The notes under the pieces: model-generated
Databases searched by the model: none
Told to the model about the DNA's origin: nothing
The model's input: the letters and a program-made list of their open reading frames with translations, nothing else
In this document: positions 8,629 through 17,842 of the stretch, in pieces
How positions within the stretch are numbered: position 1 is the first letter of the stretch
How the letters are laid out: the number at the start of each line of letters is the position of its first letter
Program-made: the position numbers and the translations under genes
Source: a virus
Lineage: Duplodnaviria; Caudoviricetes
Strand: one strand, 5' to 3'
IMG/VR virus record: IMGVR_UViG_3300028594_000059
Location: 1 to 25,167 of that record
Length of the DNA: 25,167 nt

Positions 8629-9210
8629 ATGGCGACAAAATCAGCACAGATCGGTCTCCGTGATCTTCATGCTGCTAAATTGGATGACGGAAGCTACTCA
8701 GAAGTTCGCAGTATCCTAGGTTCCACAGAAGCCACAATGACAGTTAACCAAGATGAAGCAATCCTGTACGCAGATGACATTGCATTTGAAAGCACAAGCA
8801 ATATCTCCTCTGTGGAAGTTTCACTTAGTTTGGCGAATCTAAGCAACGAGGAAATTGCTTTTTTGCTGGGTTCTGAAATCGATGAAGACGGGGTTCTCAT
8901 TGAATCATCTGATGACGTAGCACCTGAAGTTGCCTTTGGTTTCCGATCTGAAAAAGCAAACGGTGAGTTTCGTTATGTATGGTTGTACCGCGGAACTTTC
9001 CAGACCCCGGAGGAAACGTATCAAACGAAAGGCGATTCCACAGAGTTTCAAACACCATCGATTTCCGGAACGTTTATGGCTCGTCAGGATGATGGACGTA
9101 TCCGCGCGAAAGTTGACAGTGATGATGAAGAAGTAAGCTCAGATGTTATTTCCAACTGGTTTGAAGCCCCTTATGGCTACGGAGACGGTGGTGACGGGGG
9201 AGAGTCCTGA
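8629..9210 (+). CDS. Major tail (tube) protein, phi13-like family
   Basis: IGLRDLH, LYADD, PEVAFGFRSEKANG.FRYVWLYRGTF and TKGD..EFQT motifs. Confidence 0.93.
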   Translation: MATKSAQIGLRDLHAAKLDDGSYSEVRSILGSTEATMTVNQDEAILYADDIAFESTSNISSVEVSLSLANLSNEEIAFLLGSEIDEDGVLIESSDDVAPEVAFGFRSEKANGEFRYVWLYRGTFQTPEETYQTKGDSTEFQTPSISGTFMARQDDGRIRAKVDSDDEEVSSDVISNWFEAPYGYGDGGDGGES

Positions 9211-9484
9211 CCCCGAACTCACGTCAATCGACGTTGAGCCGTCGGCTTTGACGTTGACAGTAGGGGATACGCAATCATTATCCGTTACCGCTTATTATGA
9301 TGACGGATCGAATGAAGATGTTACGAATAGCGCCGAATTTGAATCAGCTGGCGGGACAGTGACGATTGCAGACAACGAGGTTACTGCTGCCGAGGAAGGT
9401 AGCACGGAGGTTGCTGTTACGTATGAGGGAGAAGCGGAGACCGTGACTGTAACAGTTGAAGAGGAGAATGGAGAGGAGGATTAA
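9206..9484 (+). CDS. Ig-like (Big_2-type) domain, probably a +1 frameshift extension of the major tail protein (about 284-aa fusion)
   Basis: LTSIDVEPSALTLTVGDTQSLSVTAYYDDGS.EDVT..VTAAEEGSTEVAVTY..TVTVTV lies in the +1 frame directly after TCC TGA (9205-9210); no credible own start. Confidence 0.8.
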   Translation, partial: PDPELTSIDVEPSALTLTVGDTQSLSVTAYYDDGSNEDVTNSAEFESAGGTVTIADNEVTAAEEGSTEVAVTYEGEAETVTVTVEEENGEED

Positions 9485-9502
9485 TACCCTTCTCTCTTTT
9501 TT
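9471..9502 (+). terminator. Terminator after the MTP/Ig unit
   Basis: GAGAGGAGG-N8-CCTTCTCTC followed by TTTTTT. Confidence 0.65.
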
Positions 9503-9528
9503 ATACTTAAATTTTGGAGGGTGAAGAA

Positions 9529-9993
9529 ATGCTAGAAATTACTTTTAAGCAATTATTAGATGAGCCGGAAGTTGATGTGGAAGTTTTTGATATAGATGGT
9601 GGCGTTATAGAAGAGGACGAAAACCAAGACAAAGTAAAAGAGTACGGGGTCAAGAAAACGACTTACCGAGTGCCGTTCGTCCCCGCTCGTATTTATCGCC
9701 AATTCGTTGAACTGAAAGCGGATGGTGCGCTCGAAGAATCAGGGGAGAGCGTTGAAGAACTTGATAGGGTGATTGGCCTGATCTGCGATGCGTTCAGTAA
9801 TAAATTTAGCGTTGATGATTTTTATGACGGTGTCCCGGCAGATCAGATGCAAGAAGAAATCCTGCGCATCTTCCACACGGTCATTGGTGGAAATCAAAAA
9901 AAGTCGGCGGGAAACGAGCCGAAGGGAAACGGGAGCGCGGGGAAGCCGAAAAAGACACCCGCGAAGTCTGGAAAGACCACTACGAACAAATAA
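9529..9993 (+). CDS. Tail assembly chaperone (gpG-like), 154 aa
   Basis: Between MTP and TMP; F.NKFSVDDFYDG motif; SD GGAGGGTGA before ATG 9529. Confidence 0.85.
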   Translation: MLEITFKQLLDEPEVDVEVFDIDGGVIEEDENQDKVKEYGVKKTTYRVPFVPARIYRQFVELKADGALEESGESVEELDRVIGLICDAFSNKFSVDDFYDGVPADQMQEEILRIFHTVIGGNQKKSAGNEPKGNGSAGKPKKTPAKSGKTTTNK

Positions 9994-10130
9994 AAAAGAT
10001 CTATCGAAATTTAATTAAGAGTGGATGGCCCCTCCCCAGTGTGGACGAGATGGACATCCACTATTTCTTTGAGTTGTATTCGGAAGAAAAAGAACCAGAG
10101 CAAAAAGCATACATCGACGACCTGTTGTAG
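9897..10130 (+). CDS. gpT-like -1 frame extension of the chaperone (gpGT about 200 aa); absent from the ORF track
   Basis: The -1 frame is open 9828-10130 and reads ..KKIYRNLIKSGWPLPSVDEMDIHYFFELY..AYIDDLL*; in-frame slippery heptamers at 9897, 9909 and 9924. Confidence 0.82.
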   Translation, partial: KKVGGKRAEGKRERGEAEKDTREVWKDHYEQIKKIYRNLIKSGWPLPSVDEMDIHYFFELYSEEKEPEQKAYIDDLL

Positions 10131-10152
10131 CAAATAATGGGGGTGATAAAGA

Positions 10153-10827
10153 ATGTCACAAGAATTAGGATCGCTGAGAATTGATCTTGAAATAGATACG
10201 GCGAATTTCACGCAATCGATGCAAGACATTAACCGAGGTTTACGTGGAATTAATAGTGAATTTAAAGTCGCAAGATCAGGATCGGAGAACTTTGGCTCAT
10301 CCACAGAGGACTTGCGAACGAAGTCTGATTTTCTGACACGCCGTCTTGACCTCCAGCGTCAACGGGTCAGTCAGCTTAAAAGTGAATATGATCAAGTTGC
10401 AGAAGCGAAGGGCGAGAATAGCAAGGAAGCTGAAAACCTTGCGATTCGGTATAACAGTGCGCTTGCAACGATGCAGAACACGGAAAGTCAGTTGGCGTCT
10501 TTGCATAAAGAAATTGCTGGGGCTCCATGGAAGCAAATGGGGGAGGATCTGCAAAAGGCAGGGAAGCAATTACAAAGTTTGGGTAAGAACATCACCAAGG
10601 TTGGTAAAAATCTCACCAAATACGTGACCACTCCTTTGCTGGGTGTCGGTGCGGCATCTTTGAAAGTTGGAATGGACTTCGAGGAAGGTATGTCCCGTGT
10701 GGAAGCTCTCACGGGTGCTACTGAAGCTGATCTGGGAAGTCTTGAAGATCAGGCGCGGGAGATGGGCGAGACAACTAGATTTAGTGCCACGGAAGCGGCA
10801 GATGGAATGGGATTCCTCGCAATGGCT
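10153..10827 (+). CDS. Tape measure protein, exon 1 (225 aa)
   Basis: TP901-type TMP core begins here (TKYVTTPL, DFEEGMSRV, TTRFSATEAADGMGFLAMA) and breaks off exactly at the intron. Confidence 0.93.
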
Positions 10828-11786
10828 TTGGAAACTGGGCCGGTTGCCGAGAAATTGGCAGCATAAAACACTGGGTTAAAATTGGAACGCTAAGTCTTTG
10901 GGGAGGGTAAATTTGGAAACAAATTGCACTTGTCATTATTGTGGTAAAGGTATTTACAAAAGGCCTGATTTCATCAGGAAATACAAGCTTCAATTCTGTG
11001 GTAATGGGTGTGCGTCTAAGCATAGAAGGGTTACAGAAAGAAGAGACTGCTTTGTTTGCGGAAGGGATGTTATACGCAAGCCTTCTGAGTTTAAAAGAGG
11101 TAAGAATGTTTATTGTAGTCGGGATTGTTACTACGAATATAATAGACGGAAAGGCGCGCCTGCTAAAAAATCATATGACTGCGACTATTGCAAGAAAGAG
11201 TTTAAAAGATTCCCTAGCCAAACTAAAGGTAGGGAATTTTTATATTGCTCTACGTCTTGCAAGGATAAGCACAATGGTGAATTGATAAGGGGAGAATTTC
11301 ATCCTTCATACAATCACAATATGACCGCAGAAGAGCGACAGGTCAAACGAAAATTCGTGGAATATTATGATTGGAGAAGATCTGTATATGATAGAGATGA
11401 CTACACCTGCCAATGCTGCGGGGACGATAAAGGCGGTAATCTTGTAGCTCATCACATTTATAATTATTCTGAACACGAAGATAAAAAAATTGATCTGGAT
11501 AACGGTATAACTTTATGTAAATCCTGTCACAAAAAATTCCACGATGAATATGGATATACCAAAAATGACGAGAAGCAACTGTTTTCATACATTCAAAGAT
11601 ATGCCGATCAATTACCACTCACTTCGGTAACGAAGTGAAGGTCTAGAGACTAGGTTAGTAGTCTTTGGAAAAAGATGAACACCCACGAAATCCAGCACCT
11701 TAACGTATCATGGCGAAGGTGATGATATAGTCCGATACTCCGGGGAAATCCGGAGAGTGAGTTTAAACGGCTCGCATAACATTTTG
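10828..11786 (+). ncRNA. Group I self-splicing intron (IA-like, has P7.1), 959 nt, in the TMP gene
   Basis: 5' exon ends in U (GCU 10827) paired to G10838 in P1. P2 is UUGCCGA-GAAA-UUGGCAG. P3 is CUGGGUU 10871 with AAUCCAG 11689. P4 is AAUUGG 10880 with UCAAUU 11608. P6a is UCACUUCG-GUAA-CGAAGUGA. P7 is GACUA 11648 with UAGUC 11728. P8 is CACCUU with AAGGUG. P9 is CUCCGGG-GAAA-UCCGGAG. Terminal G at 11786. Removal restores FLAMA|GFETNEI in frame. Confidence 0.95.
10913..11638 (+). CDS. Intron-encoded HNH homing endonuclease with three N-terminal Cys-rich zinc-finger repeats (241 aa)
   Basis: Three CxxC..(F/Y)CxxxC units, then WRRSVYDRDDYTCQCCG..AHHI..DNGITLCKSCHKKFH; SD GGGAGGG 10901-10907 before TTG 10913. 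Confidence 0.9.
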   Translation: METNCTCHYCGKGIYKRPDFIRKYKLQFCGNGCASKHRRVTERRDCFVCGRDVIRKPSEFKRGKNVYCSRDCYYEYNRRKGAPAKKSYDCDYCKKEFKRFPSQTKGREFLYCSTSCKDKHNGELIRGEFHPSYNHNMTAEERQVKRKFVEYYDWRRSVYDRDDYTCQCCGDDKGGNLVAHHIYNYSEHEDKKIDLDNGITLCKSCHKKFHDEYGYTKNDEKQLFSYIQRYADQLPLTSVTK

Positions 11787-14700
11787 GGGTTTGAAACCAA
11801 CGAAATTATGTCGTCAATGCCGGGCTTGCTAGATTTAGCAGCGGCCGCTCAAATGGATCTTGGACGAGCCGCAGATATAGCCAGTAATATAATTTCTGGT
11901 TTTGGCTACGAAGCAGAAGAAGCCGGGCGTGTATCAGACGTACTTGCATCCGGTGCGTCGAGCGCGAATACAACCGTTGAACAGCTGGGGGATGCAATGG
12001 CGACGGTTGCCCCCGTTGCATCTTCGTTGGGCCTTGATATAGAAGATCTCACAGCTGCCGTTGGTTTCATGTCTGACGCAGGTTTGCAAGGAAGCAGATC
12101 AGGACGAATGCTCCGACAAGGGATGCTACGCCTTGCCTCCCCCACAGGTGCAGCGGCAGATCTCATAGATGAATTAGGAATTAATGTGTTCGACGCTGAC
12201 GGAAACATGAAAGCAATGCACGAAGTAGTCGGAGAGCTCGAACAAGGGCTTGGGGATATGTCCTCCGAAGCTCAGACCGCGGCTCTTACTACAATCTTCG
12301 GTGCACAGACCACGGCGGGGTGGACAGCCCTCATCGAACGTGGTAGCGATGAGCTTGCTGAATACACAGGACAATTGCAAGACAGTGAGGGCGCGGCATC
12401 TGAGATGGCTGAGACAATGATGGACAATGCTAAGGGTGCGTTGATTGAGTTTCGGTCTGCCCTTGAAGGTGTTGGGATTGCATTATCCGAACATCTATTA
12501 CCATCCGTTACAAGAATCATTGAACAAGGCACGGATCTTGTGAGAGGCTTTGGCGAGCTGGACGAAAGTACGCAAAAATGGATTGTAAACCTTGGATTGG
12601 CAGCCGCAGCCATCGGTCCCGTCATGCTTGCAGTGGGGCCGTTGGTAACAGGTATCGGAACGCTTACTGCCGGCATGGGTGCTCTCTCTCTAGGGATCGC
12701 AGGGGCAGGCGGTCTTACAGCGGCATTAGGTGGGCTTGCAACCGCATTAGGCCCTATCGGATTGACGGTCGCAGGGGTAACTGCTGCGATTGGTGGTCTT
12801 GCTTACGGCGGTTACAAATTGAATGAATGGATGCAAGACGCGGCTTTTGAGTCGAATATATTTTCGGATGAGATTAGCGAATCCACACAAGAAGCTGTGG
12901 GAGCGTTTCTTGATTTAGAGTCTGAAGCACAGGTTGCTCTGAGAGGTTTACAGTTCAGCAGTCGGGAAATTACGGAAGAGATGGCGGAAGAGCTGACAAC
13001 TATTTACGATACTATGCATGAACAGATCTTAGTGGCTATGGAAGAAAGCCATGAAGATCGCATTGAGGCTATGCATTCTTTGTTCGGAGAAGAGTCATCG
13101 ATATCAGAAGAGCGAGCGGCTGAAATGCTAGGGATTTTAGAGGAGAGACACGAGGAAGAAAAAGAAACCATTCAAGAGTACCACGATGAGAGAAAAGAAA
13201 TTATACAAAACGCTTTGGAAGAAGAGCGTGATTTGACCGACGAAGAGCATGAACGAATCTCTGAAATCGACCAAAAAGCTCGCGAATCAGCGGTAGAACA
13301 TTTGAGTGAATCAAAAGCCGAGCAATTGGCTATTTTAGAAGGATTAAAACAGGAAGAGGGTAAGATCGACGCTGAACGAGCGGCTGAGATCGTTAGTAAT
13401 TCAATAGAGAGACGGGATGAGGTTGTTGCAGAGGCGGAACAAGAGTATGAAGATTTACTAGCGGTTGCCGCTGCATTAAGAGAGGATGGCACAAAAGAGT
13501 CTGCGGAAATGGCAGATGAAATTGTAGCTGAAGCCGAGCGTCAACGAGATGGCACAGTAGCCGAAGCGGAAGCGATGCATGAGGAAATCGTCACTGAAGC
13601 CCAAGAAATGGCCGGCGAATTCGTAGACGAAATCGCGTGGATGAGTGGCGAAGTCATGAACAATGCGGAAATCATGACGATGAACGTCGGCATGACCTTT
13701 GCAGACCTATTCCTCACTGTTAAAAATGGCGTCACTGACATGGCTACTGATGTGGTCGGTTCAGTCACAGGAATGAAAGATGATTTTGTCTCTGAGATAT
13801 CAGAATTGAGATCGGAATCAGACGGTATATGGTCAGCGATTGCTCTCTGGGTTGCCCAAAAAGCAGAAGAAATGAATTTAAATTCAGTAGCATCTATTAT
13901 TCGTATGGTTGCTGACATCATCGGCAAGTGGGAAGAGATCGAAAGCTTTTTCAGTAACATCGACCTAGGAACCGTCGGAGAAAACATCATGGAAGGTTTG
14001 CGTCGTGGAATTGTTCGAGGGGCTACTTCGGTTGTCACCACGGCTTATACCACAGCCACCAATATTGTTAGTGCCTTCCGTGAGCGTTTAAGTATCTTCT
14101 CTCCATCACGAGTGATGCGTGATGAAGTCGGGCGTGAGATCATCCGTGGGATTATTGCCGGGATGAGAGACGAAGAAGAAAACTTAAACCAGACTGTAAC
14201 TCAGCTTATGGATACTATGATGGATACGTTTAACGAAGGAAGAAACCGTACCCGTATCCGGGCCATCCGTGAAAGCGAAATATCACTCCTTGAAACTCAG
14301 ATTGACTACCTCCAACGCGCGGGTGCGAGTGAAGAAGAACTTGCAAGAGCGAAGGAACTACAGATTGATCTTGCTGAACAGCAAGAGCGGAAACAACAAG
14401 AATATAATAACCGTATCCGTGAGCAAGAGGGCATTGTCCGTGAGGTTGAGCGTGCGTATAGCAACGGATACTTTACGCTGGAAGAATATAACGAGTTGAT
14501 CGAAAAAGCGACCACTGATCTCAATAGTCTGTGGGAAGAAGCAATTAATTTTAATCAGAATATCGCTGTTGAACAGTACCGAGACATGGAACGTGCGCAG
14601 GATGATGCGATTGAGAAAGCGGAAGAACTGCAACGCATCTATGAGGATACGTTATTCTCTGCAGCTGATCTGTTTAGTGGATTTGCCAGCTCTGATATCT

Positions 14701-15872
14701 CGATCTTTAGTGACGTCATGGCAGATGAGTTTGATCGTTTGCAACAAAGCCACACGGGGATGGAGAATGCATTCCAGCGTGAGACGGATGCGGCAGTGGC
14801 AAGAATGGAATCCACCCACCAACGTGCGTTGGATTTGTTTGATGAACGAACGCAAGCACACAGAGAGTCGATCAATGAGCAGATTCGAGATATTGAACGG
14901 CTTCGTGATGCAGATATAGCTGCAATCGATGAACGCTTGGATGCAATGCGGGAAGAAGAGCAGGCTGATACTCGAAGAGATCAAGAAGCGCAGTGGGATG
15001 AGGAACGCTCCCACATCGAGAGACGCATGCAGATTGCAGAGCTGTACAACGATGAAGAAACCATGCGTGCGGTTGAACGTGAGATGCAAGACTTGGAAGA
15101 GAGCATCAGCGAACAGCGTAGGCAGTGGGAGCGTGAAGATGAACGAGAAGCCCTGCAAGCTGAGAAAAGAAAGATTGAACAGGCTGCACAACTTAAGATT
15201 GATGAATTGAATGAAGAAGCAGATCGTTACGAAGCAGAAAGAGCGTTACAGCGTGAGCATATTGAAGAAAAGCAGGCAATGGAATTGCAGGCGCTTGAAA
15301 ATGAACGACAAAACCGACTCAGAGCTATGCGGCAACGGCATGATGATGAACAGAAAGCACATCAACGTGAAGTGGAGATGCAACAGCAGAAGTTTGAACA
15401 ATTGCAGGGAGAGCTTGCCCGAGCTGTGGAAGAAGGTCGACTCACGCAAGAACAGGCGAATGCGGCATGGTTGCAAGCGGTTGAAGATTTAGGAATTGAA
15501 GAACTGAACAGGCATATCCAGAATCAAGAAAATGTATTAAATGAGTTGGACGAGTATACAGATGAGTATTTAGCTATCGGTGAATCGTTTGCTGACGGGT
15601 TGATAGACGGATTGATTGAGACGCTTGAACGCCGGATGAGTGAAGTACAAGCCATGGCGCGTAGAGTACAAGCGGCGGCGAGTGCGACATCTGGCGGTGG
15701 TGGAGGATTCCGTGTTGAAAATATGGATCCTCTAACGGGCGATGAACTGATGGATCGAATCGGTGGAAACCAAACAAGCCATGTCCACGTAGATGTTGAT
15801 GGAAAAGAGATGGCTGGTGTAGTGCTTAATCATGCCACAGGTGAAGCTAAGCAGTATCAGAGGAAGGGGTGA
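11787..15872 (+). CDS. Tape measure protein, exon 2 (1361 aa; spliced product 1586 aa)
   Basis: Continues the TP901 core (GFETNEIMSSMPGLLDLAAA); Gly/Ala hydrophobic stretch, SIFSPSRVM motif and long acidic coiled coils. Confidence 0.93.
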   Translation, partial: GFETNEIMSSMPGLLDLAAAAQMDLGRAADIASNIISGFGYEAEEAGRVSDVLASGASSANTTVEQLGDAMATVAPVASSLGLDIEDLTAAVGFMSDAGLQGSRSGRMLRQGMLRLASPTGAAADLIDELGINVFDADGNMKAMHEVVGELEQGLGDMSSEAQTAALTTIFGAQTTAGWTALIERGSDELAEYTGQLQDSEGAASEMAETMMDNAKGALIEFRSALEGVGIALSEHLLPSVTRIIEQGTDLVRGFGELDESTQKWIVNLGLAAAAIGPVMLAVGPLVTGIGTLTAGMGALSLGIAGAGGLTAALGGLATALGPIGLTVAGVTAAIGGLAYGGYKLNEWMQDAAFESNIFSDEISESTQEAVGAFLDLESEAQVALRGLQFSSREITEEMAEELTTIYDTMHEQILVAMEESHEDRIEAMHSLFGEESSISEERAAEMLGILEERHEEEKETIQEYHDERKEIIQNALEEERDLTDEEHERISEIDQKARESAVEHLSESKAEQLAILEGLKQEEGKIDAERAAEIVSNSIERRDEVVAEAEQEYEDLLAVAAALREDGTKESAEMADEIVAEAERQRDGTVAEAEAMHEEIVTEAQEMAGEFVDEIAWMSGEVMNNAEIMTMNVGMTFADLFLTVKNGVTDMATDVVGSVTGMKDDFVSEISELRSESDGIWSAIALWVAQKAEEMNLNSVASIIRMVADIIGKWEEIESFFSNIDLGTVGENIMEGLRRGIVRGATSVVTTAYTTATNIVSAFRERLSIFSPSRVMRDEVGREIIRGIIAGMRDEEENLNQTVTQLMDTMMDTFNEGRNRTRIRAIRESEISLLETQIDYLQRAGASEEELARAKELQIDLAEQQERKQQEYNNRIREQEGIVREVERAYSNGYFTLEEYNELIEKATTDLNSLWEEAINFNQNIAVEQYRDMERAQDDAIEKAEELQRIYEDTLFSAADLFSGFASSDISIFSDVMADEFDRLQQSHTGMENAFQRETDAAVARMESTHQRALDLFDERTQAHRESINEQIRDIERLRDADIAAIDERLDAMREEEQADTRRDQEAQWDEERSHIERRMQIAELYNDEETMRAVEREMQDLEESISEQRRQWEREDEREALQAEKRKIEQAAQLKIDELNEEADRYEAERALQREHIEEKQAMELQALENERQNRLRAMRQRHDDEQKAHQREVEMQQQKFEQLQGELARAVEEGRLTQEQANAAWLQAVEDLGIEELNRHIQNQENVLNELDEYTDEYLAIGESFADGLIDGLIETLERRMSEVQAMARRVQAAASATSGGGGGFRVENMDPLTGDELMDRIGGNQTSHVHVDVDGKEMAGVVLNHATGEAKQYQRKG

Positions 15873-15878
15873 TGTATA

Positions 15879-17840
15879 TTGACTGTGGACGTATTTAATT
15901 TTAATAATTACGGTCGTGGCGATACCGGGAACTTTACGGTTCGTAGCGGGGATAATATTAGGAGTGCGACGATTGTTTATGAGGGTGTGTCCACATCTGA
16001 AAACAGCTCAGAAAGATTAAGCTCTGAAACCTCCCGGATAATTGCCGACGGCAGGAACGGAGCAGAGAACTCACAGTGGAGCCCGAACCTTTTCGTCAGC
16101 GATGTTCTCCCTTCTCCTTATAATATGAGCGATATCACCTCTGTGGAGGTAGACCACATAGCAGTACACTACTTTTATTATGACGGAACTTATGATCGAA
16201 GTTTTTCATCTACAAGAACCGTAGATTATAGTGACTATAATTCAGGTTTTTCAACACAAGTAGGATCGAATACCTCGCCCGGTCAGGTTCTTCACAAGCG
16301 GGGGAGGACTCACGGAGGCGGTCAAACATACATTACCAACGTCCGGGCACAACGACCAGAGGATTCTCCTAGATATGGAGCAGCGCAAACGAGGCTGAGA
16401 GTATTTTACAGAGGAGACTTACGTAATCCCAGAATCGCTATAGGCGGATCAACTATTGGTGCTTATACTGGCACTTTGGAAGATGGCGAAACGGTTGAGC
16501 AATTGTTGGATTCAAATGCAATGAGCCAAGGTTCAAACTCTTTTACTTTTCAGCCCTCTGATAACAACGGACGTTCTAATATCCGCATAGAGATTGAGTA
16601 TTACGATGAAATTCAATTACCCTCAAATCTTCAACCAGATAACGGAACAAGGGTTGACGTTGCATCAAGAGTTACATTTTCTTGGTCGCATAACTATGAT
16701 TTATCGCAAACAGGTTATGAAATACGATGGCGTTATGTTGGCGACAGTGATTGGAACGCCGTATCTGAAAATACTAGCACAACAAACCATGTGTTTAGCG
16801 CTGGCTTCTTTGAAGTTGGAGAAGTTGAGTGGCAGGTGAGGACCCGTTCAAGCGGTGGGGCAGAAAGCCCTTGGTCAAATACAGCTAATATTAATGTAGG
16901 CATATATCCAAACACACCAGTATTCACAACCGACAGTAGTTATCCGATTGCCAACCCGGTCGTCAGCTGGGAAAGTTCCAACCAAGTTGCTTATGAATTT
17001 ATTCTCTATAGTGAATCGGGAGAGGAGTTATGGAGTGTCACTAGAGATTCTCAAGAACAATCGTTGGGAATAGAGTATGACTTGGAAAACGACACTTATT
17101 ATGAACTTCATATTTCGGTTAGAAATGAGAACGGATCCTGGTCAGGGTATGGCATCACAACCGTTTATATTGATTTTACAGAGCCGGTGAATACAGAAAT
17201 TGTGGTCGTCCCAAACTCTCAGCAAGCCTACGTTTATATTCAGGTGATTAGCCCGGAACCGGAAGGAACTGAACCGGAAGTTATTTATAATGAAGTTTTT
17301 CGTCGAGAACCATCAAAAAGTTGGACGATGATCTTAGAGGATATGAGTCCGTCTTTCAGCTACCGTGATTATGGGATTGCGAGCGGTAAGGTTTATGAAT
17401 ATCGAATCCGCTCCCACGCAGACAATGGGACGTTCACGGACACGCATTTTACGCCTGAATCTTTAAACCTGCGCGGTATCTGGCTCCACGATCCAGACAA
17501 TCCACAAGCAACCACTGTACATTTCCCCACATTCGAGAGGGGGAGAAGATCGGAACGAATGAACATGGGGGAGTTGATGCAGTTTGAAGGTCGGCCACTT
17601 CCCATGATGGACGGTGCGGATCGAAGCGAACGCATCATCAGTGTGGTTGCTCAAGTACGATCGCAAGATGTACTGGAAAAGTATTTAGATCTTGCAGACA
17701 GCAATAAGACATTACTTTATAGGGATAAGCGCGGCCGTAAGATGTATTGCGTATTGCAAAACATTGTGGACGAAGATACATTCTGGGGATCGTTAGTGCC
17801 GTTAGAATTAATGGAAGTCTATTATGATGAGGGGGTTTAA
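15879..17840 (+). CDS. Minor tail/tail-tip protein with FN3-like domains and a possible Dit-like C-terminus
   Basis: First gene after TMP; FN3-like patterns VTFSW..YEIRWR..EWQVRTR..SPWS and YELHISVRNENGSWS; C-terminal FEGRPLP..LLYRDKRGRKMY domain. Confidence 0.7.
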   Translation: MTVDVFNFNNYGRGDTGNFTVRSGDNIRSATIVYEGVSTSENSSERLSSETSRIIADGRNGAENSQWSPNLFVSDVLPSPYNMSDITSVEVDHIAVHYFYYDGTYDRSFSSTRTVDYSDYNSGFSTQVGSNTSPGQVLHKRGRTHGGGQTYITNVRAQRPEDSPRYGAAQTRLRVFYRGDLRNPRIAIGGSTIGAYTGTLEDGETVEQLLDSNAMSQGSNSFTFQPSDNNGRSNIRIEIEYYDEIQLPSNLQPDNGTRVDVASRVTFSWSHNYDLSQTGYEIRWRYVGDSDWNAVSENTSTTNHVFSAGFFEVGEVEWQVRTRSSGGAESPWSNTANINVGIYPNTPVFTTDSSYPIANPVVSWESSNQVAYEFILYSESGEELWSVTRDSQEQSLGIEYDLENDTYYELHISVRNENGSWSGYGITTVYIDFTEPVNTEIVVVPNSQQAYVYIQVISPEPEGTEPEVIYNEVFRREPSKSWTMILEDMSPSFSYRDYGIASGKVYEYRIRSHADNGTFTDTHFTPESLNLRGIWLHDPDNPQATTVHFPTFERGRRSERMNMGELMQFEGRPLPMMDGADRSERIISVVAQVRSQDVLEKYLDLADSNKTLLYRDKRGRKMYCVLQNIVDEDTFWGSLVPLELMEVYYDEGV

Positions 17841-17842
17841 GA

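Noticed and set aside
9788-10018. Track ORF of 76 aa as the gpT frame
   Set aside because: It is the +1 frame and has no chaperone-like motif; the -1 frame ending at 10130 has one.
10153-11786. Tape measure gene as a pseudogene disrupted by an HNH insertion or IS
   Set aside because: A complete group I core and exact in-frame restoration explain the break; there is no transposase, terminal repeat or target duplication.
11757-11786. GTG 11757 as the start of an independent 1371-aa gene
   Set aside because: These 10 codons are intron P9.1 and the 3' tail; TMP similarity starts at GGG 11787.
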